Source of the DNA: an uncultured Alphaproteobacteria bacterium
Lineage (GTDB): Bacteria > Pseudomonadota > Alphaproteobacteria > RF32 > CAG-239
Reading direction: 5' to 3'
Length of the DNA: 64,000 bases
Assembly (NCBI GenBank): GCA_934271715.1
Contig: CAKQRZ010000009.1
Location: 9,613-73,612 of the forward strand
Part shown: positions 56,566 through 64,000 of the stretch, piece after piece
How positions within the stretch are numbered: position 1 is the first letter of the stretch
Layout of the letters: every line of letters begins with the position of its first letter
Made by a program: the position numbers and the translations under genes
The notes under the pieces: model-generated
The model's input: only the letters and a program-made list of their open reading frames with translations
Database searches by the model: none
What the model was told of the DNA's origin: nothing

Positions 56566-57828
56566 TTAATTCAGGCTGCTTAAAGTAATAAAAGCCGCCG
56601 GATTAACATTTGCCCCGCGAAACAGCACTTCATAGTGTAAATGGTTACCGGTGGCGCGGCCGGTGCGTCCAACCTCTCCCAGAGCCTGATTATAAGCCAC
56701 TGTATCACCGGTTTTAACATAAATTTTGCGCATGTGAGCATATTTTGTAACAAAACCATTTCCGTGGTCAACAACCACCAAATTGCCATATCCGTTTTTT
56801 TGATAACCGGCCAAAGTCACGCGTCCTGCCGCAGGAGTAGAAATTCGGCTGCCGGCCGCGGCGCGCATATCCAGCCCTTTGTGATTAGCCAAATAGGCTT
56901 TAAAAGGGTCTTGGCGAGTGCCATAAGCTGAACTCAGCTGATATCGATATACAGGTTTGCCAAGAGGTACGCTTTTCATTGCTTGTTTATAATTTTCCAA
57001 TGTGTCAATTTGCTTAAAAGTTATTGACATTTTCTCTAAAAGCTCGCGGTTTTCTATTTTCATGCCTTGTGCAGGTTCATAGGCACCGCCTTTACCTTCT
57101 TTTATATTGGCAAGCGGATTATAATAGCGGTTTTTATCTTTTAGAGATTTATTTATTTGTGTAAGCGAAGTTTTTATTTGCTCTATTTCACGTCCGGAAA
57201 GCTTATGAATTTTATCTAAAATAGCAATTTCCGCCGTTTCCAAACCTTTTACGGTTTCTTGAAGATTGGTTATTTTTCCGCCGAGTTCTTCAATTTTTTG
57301 CTTTAATTGATTGTTTTCTGTCTGGACAATATCTTTTTGCAGCAATGCTTCTTTTTTAGTGACTTTTTCTTCTATTTTATCAGCGTCTATCCAGCTTTCT
57401 GAATCGGCTATTTGTTTAATTTTATCTTCTACCACCAGAGCTTTTTCTTTATAGTTTTTAATTTCTTGCAAACCGTTTCCGGCTTCATCAACAGAAGAAA
57501 CAACATTTTTTAAATTATTCTGCAGCGCAGTCACGTCAGAAATCAAATCCATATAGGCGTCTCTGGTTTTGCCTAATTCTTTTTCTTTATGATGAATAAT
57601 GGAGGCTGAAACATGATAAAAATAGTAATTATAACCCGACCAAGCGAAAACAGCCGCAAAGAGCATCAGCATAAACACTTGCAAACGATGAGAAATATTA
57701 AAAACCTTAGCGCGGCCGTTGCTGCGGAAAATAATTTCTTTGTCAGCAAGAAAAGGTTTTTTTTCGGTATATAGAACCTTTTGTTTTTTAAATTTGAATT
57801 TATTTTTTTTCAAAAAATTATTCCTCAA
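56566..57828 (-). CDS. M23-family peptidoglycan DD-endopeptidase with N-terminal coiled coil
   Basis: HKGLDMRAAAGSRI...VDHGNGFVTKYAHM...ATGNHLHYEV contains the HxxxD and HxH zinc motifs. Confidence 0.8.
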   Translation of the reverse strand: MRNNFLKKNKFKFKKQKVLYTEKKPFLADKEIIFRSNGRAKVFNISHRLQVFMLMLFAAVFAWSGYNYYFYHVSASIIHHKEKELGKTRDAYMDLISDVTALQNNLKNVVSSVDEAGNGLQEIKNYKEKALVVEDKIKQIADSESWIDADKIEEKVTKKEALLQKDIVQTENNQLKQKIEELGGKITNLQETVKGLETAEIAILDKIHKLSGREIEQIKTSLTQINKSLKDKNRYYNPLANIKEGKGGAYEPAQGMKIENRELLEKMSITFKQIDTLENYKQAMKSVPLGKPVYRYQLSSAYGTRQDPFKAYLANHKGLDMRAAAGSRISTPAAGRVTLAGYQKNGYGNLVVVDHGNGFVTKYAHMRKIYVKTGDTVAYNQALGEVGRTGRATGNHLHYEVLFRGANVNPAAFITLSSLN

Positions 57829-58061
57829 AAAATCACATAGTTATAAATTCAGCGATTTATATATAGCAGAAAATTCAAAAAAATAAAGTATTTTTTCATA
57901 CTTGAAGTTTTAATTGTGAATAACTCTCTAACTCATTAGCATATCAATACTTTTTCCATACTATTTTGTGAACATTTTTTTCATTTTATCGTTATAAATT
58001 TATAGATTTTTTTACAAAATATTTTTATATATGAAACATCTTTATAAAGAAAGGTCTGAAA

Positions 58062-59216
58062 ATGAGAAAATATTTGATTTACGGAATTGCTTTGCTTGCC
58101 ATTTTTGGCATTGGCTACAAAATGCTTAACCGCAGCGCCGGCGGTACTGTTTATAAAACACAAAAAATAGAAAACGGCGATATAATGGAAAGCATCACCG
58201 CTTCCGGCACCATCAATCCGCTTTCTACCGTTTCTGTCGGCTCTCAGGCTTCGGGACGTATTGCGGAGATTTATGTTGACTATAACTCGGTGGTTAAAAA
58301 AGGTCAGCTTCTGGCGCTTATCGACCAAGAAAACGCCAAAGCCACCGTACAGCAAAGAGAGGCGGCGTTGGAAATTGCCAAAGCGCAAGTGGCTGTAGAA
58401 GAAAACAACATAAAATACTATAAAAAAGCCTTAAACCGTATTTCTAAACTAAACGCCTCCAAATATTCTACCGAAAAAGATTTGGAAGCCGCCGAGCGCG
58501 ACTATGATAATTCTGTTGCTCAGCTGGCTCTGGAACAGGCTCAGGTCAAACAGGCTCAAGCCTCGCTAAACTCTGCGCAAACCGAACTTTCATATACCGA
58601 AATCAAAGCGCCGGTTGACGGCATTGTTATTTCTAAATCGGTTGAAGTCGGGCAAACTGTGGCCGCAAGCTTTGAAACGCCGGAAATTTTTTCGGTGGCC
58701 GAAGATTTGACTAAAATGCAAATTGAAGCATCGGTTGTGGAAGCTGATATCGCTAAAGTAAAAGAAGGGCAAAAAGTGCGCTTTACGGTCGATAGCTATG
58801 CCGATGACTATTTTTATGGCACGGTTACTCAAGTCCGCAACGAGGCTACCACCACTTCAAACGTTGTAACCTACACGGTTGTAATCGGCATTGACAACTC
58901 CGATATGAAACTAAAACCGGGGATGACCGCCAATGTAGAAATTATCACGGCTGAAGAAAAAGGCGTTATGCTGGTGCCAAACCAAGCTTTGCGTTTTTAT
59001 ATTGATGACAGTGACAACGCAAAACGCTATAAAGACCGCGGCGTATGGATTATTAAAAACGGCAAGCCTGAGCGCGTGAGCGTTAAAATCGGCGTCAGCG
59101 ATGATGATAATACTCAAATTTTAGAAAGTGCATTAAAAATTGGTGATGAAGTTATTGTTTCTAAAGAACTTTCTGCCGCTGATACTCAAAAAATGAAGTT
59201 TAGGATGCCTCGCTGA
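58062..59216 (+). CDS. HlyD/MacA-family periplasmic adaptor
   Basis: N-terminal TM anchor, coiled-coil hairpin, barrel-sandwich/beta-barrel C-terminus. Confidence 0.75.
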   Translation: MRKYLIYGIALLAIFGIGYKMLNRSAGGTVYKTQKIENGDIMESITASGTINPLSTVSVGSQASGRIAEIYVDYNSVVKKGQLLALIDQENAKATVQQREAALEIAKAQVAVEENNIKYYKKALNRISKLNASKYSTEKDLEAAERDYDNSVAQLALEQAQVKQAQASLNSAQTELSYTEIKAPVDGIVISKSVEVGQTVAASFETPEIFSVAEDLTKMQIEASVVEADIAKVKEGQKVRFTVDSYADDYFYGTVTQVRNEATTTSNVVTYTVVIGIDNSDMKLKPGMTANVEIITAEEKGVMLVPNQALRFYIDDSDNAKRYKDRGVWIIKNGKPERVSVKIGVSDDDNTQILESALKIGDEVIVSKELSAADTQKMKFRMPR

Positions 59217-59920
59217 TGAAACCTTTAATTCAACTCAAAAACATTCATAAAAGTTATCCTTTGGACGGCTTTGATTTGGAGATTCTCAAAGGTATAAATT
59301 TGGAAATTGCGGCTGGAGAGTTTGTGGCTATTATGGGGCCTTCCGGTTCGGGAAAATCTACATTGATGAATATTCTCGGCTGTTTGGACACACCGACTTC
59401 CGGTGAATATATTCTGGACGGAGAAAATATTGAACATCTGAGCGGCGACCAGCTTGCAGAAATCCGCAACCGCAAAATCGGCTTTGTTTTTCAGGGGTTT
59501 AACCTGCTTTCCCGTACTTCAGCCATAGAAAATGTCGAATTGCCGATGGTTTACGCCGGTGTCGCCGATGAAGAACGAACAGAAAGAGCTGAAAAAGCCT
59601 TGAACAGCGTGGGTTTGCACGAGCGTATGCACCACCAGCCGAACCAACTTTCCGGAGGTCAGCAGCAACGCGTGGCCATTGCCCGCGCCATTGTAAACGA
59701 AGCTCCGATTATTTTTGCCGACGAACCGACCGGAAACTTGGATACAAAAATGAGCGTGGAAATTATGGATTTGTTTACAAAACTAAATAAAGAACTGCGC
59801 CGCACCATCATTTTGGTTACCCACGAAGAAGATATTGCTCTGTATGCCAATCGCATAATCAAAATCGTTGACGGAGAAATTCATTCGGACATAATAAATA
59901 CGAAAAGAGTTCAGAAATGA
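59216..59920 (+). CDS. ABC transporter ATP-binding protein (MacB/LolD-like)
   Basis: GPSGSGKSTL Walker A, LSGGQQQRVAIARA signature, IFADEPTGNLD Walker B. Confidence 0.85.
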   Translation: MKPLIQLKNIHKSYPLDGFDLEILKGINLEIAAGEFVAIMGPSGSGKSTLMNILGCLDTPTSGEYILDGENIEHLSGDQLAEIRNRKIGFVFQGFNLLSRTSAIENVELPMVYAGVADEERTERAEKALNSVGLHERMHHQPNQLSGGQQQRVAIARAIVNEAPIIFADEPTGNLDTKMSVEIMDLFTKLNKELRRTIILVTHEEDIALYANRIIKIVDGEIHSDIINTKRVQK

Positions 59921-61146
59921 TTGAATTGAAAACTATTTTTAAAATTGCCATCCGCGCCATTCACGCTAATAAAATGCGTTCGGTTTTGACTAGCTTGGGT
60001 ATAATTATAGGTGTGGCGGCGGTTATTGTAATGCTTGCTATCGGCAATGGCGCGCAGCTCTCAATCCAAAAAGAAATGCGCAGTATGGGAACAAATCTGA
60101 TTATGATTCGTTCCGGCTCCTCAACTTCCGGAGGAGCGCGTATGGGACACGGCTCGCAGCCGACGCTCAAAAACGGCGATGCCGACGCCATTCAAAACAA
60201 AATAGCCGCTATCCGTTTGGCCGTGCCTGTGGTTAATGACAGCGGACAAATCGTTTATGGCAGCACCAACTGGGCGACCAATATTGTGGGAACAGACAAC
60301 CGCTATTTTGAAATAAAAGAATGGGAGTTGGCTTATGGGCGTGATTTTTCGGACGCTGATATTAAAAACGCAAACAAAGTCGCCATTCTCGGTCAAACTG
60401 TTGTTAAAGAGCTGTTTGGTGATATTGACCCTTTAGGCAAAACTATTCGTATTAAGGGATTGCCTTTTACGGTTATCGGCGCTTTGACTACACGCGGACA
60501 AAGCGGTCCGGGGCAAAACCAAGATGATATGGTTTATTTACCGCTCAGCACCGTGCAAAAAAAAGTTTCCGGAACAGAATTTCCCGATATGGTTAATATG
60601 CTTATGTTACAGGCTTATGATGCAGAAAGCACTTACACATCGCAAGATGAAATTACTACCCTGTTGCGTCAACGCCACCGTTTGGGATTAAATAAAGACG
60701 ATGATTTTACCATTATGAACCTGACGCAATTTATGGAAATGATGCAAAATTCCACTAAAATTATGACTATTTTACTCGGCTCAATCGCTTCAATATCATT
60801 ATTGGTAGGCGGTATCGGTATTATGAACATAATGCTTGTTTCGGTTACCGAACGCACGCGTGAAATAGGTATCCGTATGGCAATTGGCGCCAAACGCTGG
60901 GACATCCGTCTGCAATTTTTGATGGAAGCGTTGATTTTATCGCTGCTCGGAGGCTTAATCGGGGTTATATTTGGTATCGCCGGTGTTTATCTGCTGCCGA
61001 AACTGACTTCTATTTCGGCGGAATTATCCACATTCTATGTGATTTTGCCATTTAGTTTTTCGGGCATTGTTGGCTTGCTGTTTGGTTTTTTCCCAGCCTA
61101 TAAAGCCTCGCTTTTGAATCCGATAAACGCTTTGCGCTATGAATAA
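59917..61146 (+). CDS. ABC transporter permease (FtsX/MacB-type)
   Basis: MacB_PCD periplasmic domain followed by FtsX-like four-TM domain with GIGIMNIMLVSVTERTREIGIRMAIGA. Confidence 0.8.
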   Translation: MIELKTIFKIAIRAIHANKMRSVLTSLGIIIGVAAVIVMLAIGNGAQLSIQKEMRSMGTNLIMIRSGSSTSGGARMGHGSQPTLKNGDADAIQNKIAAIRLAVPVVNDSGQIVYGSTNWATNIVGTDNRYFEIKEWELAYGRDFSDADIKNANKVAILGQTVVKELFGDIDPLGKTIRIKGLPFTVIGALTTRGQSGPGQNQDDMVYLPLSTVQKKVSGTEFPDMVNMLMLQAYDAESTYTSQDEITTLLRQRHRLGLNKDDDFTIMNLTQFMEMMQNSTKIMTILLGSIASISLLVGGIGIMNIMLVSVTERTREIGIRMAIGAKRWDIRLQFLMEALILSLLGGLIGVIFGIAGVYLLPKLTSISAELSTFYVILPFSFSGIVGLLFGFFPAYKASLLNPINALRYE

Positions 61147-61201
61147 AATATAGCAGATATTCCTCATCGTTCTATGCGGAATATCTGCTTTTAATTTATA
61201 A

Positions 61202-61870
61202 TCAATAAGTTATAACAATAGAACAAGTTCCGTTGCTGTCTCCGCAGGTATGGCAAGCTGCGTTTATTTCTGCCAGAGTTACGTTTTTTAGGCATTTTTT
61301 ATCAGCACCGCAATAATTATTTCCATACCATAACTGATTAAGAGTTTGCGCACCTCCACGCCATACATAGGAATAATCCACAAATTCGGAAAGCGGCTGT
61401 ACAAAGTTTAGAAACAACTCACGGCAGAGCTGAACTCGCTGTTCAGCTAAAGAGTAAGAATCTTTAACCTCATATTCTTCCAGCAGATAAATTTCAAAAA
61501 CTAAATCTGAACCGCCCCGCCATATCTGTATTCGGTTATTAAGCCGGTCATGAACATTGCTGGCGTTATCATATGTCCAAGAAGTTGGAATAGCGTTTAG
61601 AGACTGCATTATATCGGCATAGCCGCTGCCGTTTGGAACTTTTCTAATATCATCCAAATGCTCAATGGCTCCAAACATAAAATGGGTATATTCACTAATC
61701 AGTTGATTAACCTTCCACTTTTCCATCGCCTTAGAATATCCTGCAATTCCTCCGACTGTTAAAACGGCAATAATGGCTAGAACGCCCAGCATTTCAATCA
61801 TTGACCGACCGGCTGAAACTGCGTATAGCGGCGCATCTAAAGCAGTTTTACGCTGTCTCAAAAAATTCAT
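61202..61870 (-). CDS. Type IV pilin-like protein with Cys-rich C-terminus (paralogue 8)
   Basis: GGAGG RBS then MNFLRQRKTALDAPLYAVSAG|RSMIEMLGVLAIIAVLTVGGIAGYSKAMEKWK; C-terminal CHTCGDSNGTCSIVITY. The ORF-track start at 61978 has no RBS. Confidence 0.75.
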   Translation of the reverse strand: MNFLRQRKTALDAPLYAVSAGRSMIEMLGVLAIIAVLTVGGIAGYSKAMEKWKVNQLISEYTHFMFGAIEHLDDIRKVPNGSGYADIMQSLNAIPTSWTYDNASNVHDRLNNRIQIWRGGSDLVFEIYLLEEYEVKDSYSLAEQRVQLCRELFLNFVQPLSEFVDYSYVWRGGAQTLNQLWYGNNYCGADKKCLKNVTLAEINAACHTCGDSNGTCSIVITY

Positions 61871-62037
61871 GTACCTCCAATGTACACTAGGATTTTTTTC
61901 GCAGCTAGAAACCACTTTATCTACACCGCTCTCCGCAGTTTTGAAGAATTTTGCGGCGCATTGACGCACGGCATCCAAAGTCTTAAATGCGATGTTGGTT
62001 AGGTTAATTTCTTGTTTGCTGATTTTTTCAAAAAACT

Positions 62038-62215
62038 CTGCAAAAACACGCTGAGCGGCAAAAAATACGCCTTTAATCAGATGTTTAGGATTTGCAGAGA
62101 GAGAGAGAGACCTTTGCTTAGCTTATTTTTCATCTTTCTTTCCTCTTAAATTAAGTTGTTTACTAGATTTATTCTATACCAGCCTTACTCCATAAGTCAA
62201 CCGCAAAATCAAGGC
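62038..62215 (-). promoter_or_regulatory. Class A pilin leader with a shorter, 15-nt tc tract
   Basis: Minus-sense TTGACT-N17-TATAGAAT; uORF reads MKNKLSKGLSLSLQILNI* because the tract (plus 62096-62110) is one dinucleotide shorter than in the other three copies. Confidence 0.6.
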
Positions 62216-62231
62216 ATAGGAAAAGCCTGGA

Positions 62232-62407
62232 ATGTGTAAAAAAAACGACCGTTATTTTTACACACTCAAAACAAGCTGCTGAAATGTTGCAAAATTATGA
62301 AAAAAATAACGCAAAATTATTATGTTATTGCATTTTGCAGCAAACCGTGATACATTACTAAAAACAGCCTAAAAACTGTCCCTTTTAAACGGTCGTTTTT
62401 TTTACAC
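62232..62407. repeat. Perfect 20-bp inverted repeats (gtgtaaaaaaaacgaccgtt / aacggtcgttttttttacac) flanking 135 bp
   Basis: Located between the divergent pilin (61202-61870) and the Cys-repeat gene (62426+). A nested 9-bp inverted repeat ctgcaaaat/attttgcag lies inside. Confidence 0.6.
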
Positions 62408-62425
62408 ATAATAGGAGGAATAAGA

Positions 62426-64000
62426 TGTTGAAGAGTATGAATTTTTTAAGAGGAAAGAGCAGGGAAAGAGTAAGTGGAGGCGGCACTTCCGTTTGCAGCG
62501 TCATTCTTCGCCGGTACTCCCAGCTGGAAGTACCATGGCGGAGAATCCATAACGTCATTGCGCATGCAATGTCAGTATGCGTTGCCGTTGGCAACAAAGT
62601 CATGGGTACTCGTCTGCCACAGCCAGCAGGGTGTGGCGACAAGTATGACGTTTCTGGTTGGTGCTTGAAACGTGGGTTGAGAGCCTTTAGCACCTTTACT
62701 ATTAAAGCAATGTCAATATTAGCATTTATTTGCTTATTTGCAACCGCGGCGGAGGCGAAGATTTGCTTTTTGCCGGACGGCAGCTGCGGCACCGCTAAAA
62801 CAACCGGATTTAAGCAGAATCCCAACGGAAGCGGATGTATGTATAAATCGGAAGCCGAAGCCCGAAACGGTTTAGGCGCCTGTGAAACCACATATAAGCA
62901 AAACATGTGCTATTATCGGCGCTGCAAGACCGAAGACAATAATATATTTGCAGACGAAGCAAGCTGTAAGAAGAAAGCCGAGGATAACAATCTAATCTGC
63001 GTAAGCTGCGGAGGTTGCTATAAAGTTACGCCGAAAACCTGCCCGAGCGGGTACACGGCAGGCTTAACCACCTGTGCGGAAAAAGCCGGATATACGGCAA
63101 GTTATTCAAGCAACGGCTATGCCGGATATAGTGTCTGCGGCAAGTGCAAATATACCATAAAACCGTGTGAAAGCGGCTATACGGTAGGTTTGGCAAGCTG
63201 TCCGGAAAAACAAGGTTATACTTCAGATTATTCCCGAAACGGAGTTTCAGGCGAACAGGTTTGCGGCAAGTGCGACTATACGGCAAAGAGCTGTGCCGGA
63301 GGTTATACAGCGGGTCTGACAAGCTGCAGCGAGCGCCAAGGCTACACGGCAAGTTTAGTCAGCAACGGCTATGCCGGGGAGTTGGCTTGCGGAAAATGCT
63401 GTTATACGGCAAAAGGCTGCGCTAGCGGTTATACAGCAGGTCTGACAAGCTGCAGCGAACGGCGCGGATATAATGCAAGTTATGCCAGCAACGGATATTC
63501 CGGCGAGAAAATTTGCGGAAAATGCGACTACACGGCAAGAACTTGTCCATATGGATATTCTACAAAATATAGCAGCGTCAGAGTCTGCGGATATCCAGGA
63601 GGCTGGAACTATGCTACTAACGGATATTCTGGAGATGCTGTATGCGGAAAATGTACAGAGAAAACGTGTCCTAGCGGGTCTTGGGTGTCTAGTGGTTCTC
63701 CTGACTGCAGCAGTTATGGTAAGGATTATTGGTGGAAAAATACAGGCGCAAGTGGAAATATGGATTGCTATACATGTGAACAGAAACAATGTCCTAGCGG
63801 ATCTGGTAAATATGAAAAGTATGGAACAGCAGGATGTGGGGATAAAAGTAATCTTGGATGGACTGCAAAAATAGTTGGAAGGGCAGGAGAAATGTATTGC
63901 ACAATATGCACACCCAAAGCTTGTCCTAGTGATTATCCTATAACTAATATTTCACAATGTCCTAAAAAGGTTAATGGGTCAGGAACATTTTCTCCGTATT
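62426..64000 (+). CDS. Secreted protein with tandem Cys-rich repeats (partial, runs off the window end); its leader is translated through GC-rich module C2
   Basis: GGAGG RBS and ATG at 62426 are in frame through ...MSVCVAVGNKVMGTRLPQPAGCGDKYDVSGWCLKRGL... into MSILAFICLFATAAEA (ATG at 62710). At least six tandem repeats of about 36 aa follow: C.SGYTAGLTSCSERQGYTAS..SNGYAGE..CGKC.YTAK. Missing from the ORF track because there is no stop inside the window. Confidence 0.65.

Overview
The window is about 40% GC and reads as bacterial. It is consistent with an Elusimicrobia-like genome, whose members are reported to carry many pilin genes; that attribution is inference, not a search result. Housekeeping content: the ssb 3' end, mnmA, rpmI-rplT, pheS-pheT, proS, a pyruvate:ferredoxin oxidoreductase, rpsD, a ykgO-type L36 paralogue, smpB, two ABC-F ATPases (Uup, EttA), hemW, dgkA, skp, a MacAB-like efflux operon, an M23 peptidase plus bactofilin, tRNA-Met(CAT) and tRNA-Pro(CGG). 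Accessory content dominates the rest. Eight paralogous type-IV-pilin-like genes share the prepilin motif G|RSMIEMLGVLAIIGVLSVGGIAGYSKAMEKFK, and six of them a Cys-rich C-terminus (CxxC...C.IVLEF); the 42747 and 54155 copies diverge at the C-terminus. Each sits behind one of two conserved leader classes. Class A has a sigma70-like promoter and a short uORF carrying a (CT)n tract that is 17 nt in three copies and 15 nt in one, followed by GC-rich palindromic modules that are inverted, shuffled and repeatedly in frame with the downstream start. Class B is a roughly 190 nt leader ending in an intrinsic-terminator hairpin just upstream of the start codon. One module also leads a partial gene for a secreted protein with tandem Cys-rich repeats at the window end, and that gene is separated from the divergent pilin by perfect 20-bp inverted repeats flanking 135 bp. 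Other accessory features: a HEPN/MNT toxin-antitoxin pair, RhuM, an ISL3 transposase fragment next to tRNA-Met, dinJ with an amber-interrupted yafQ, an AT-rich MBL-hydrolase gene pair, an AT-rich island of hypothetical secreted or membrane proteins, a tandem gene duplication, and a cluster of two C26 amidotransferase-like hydrolases flanking a VanX-like dipeptidase.
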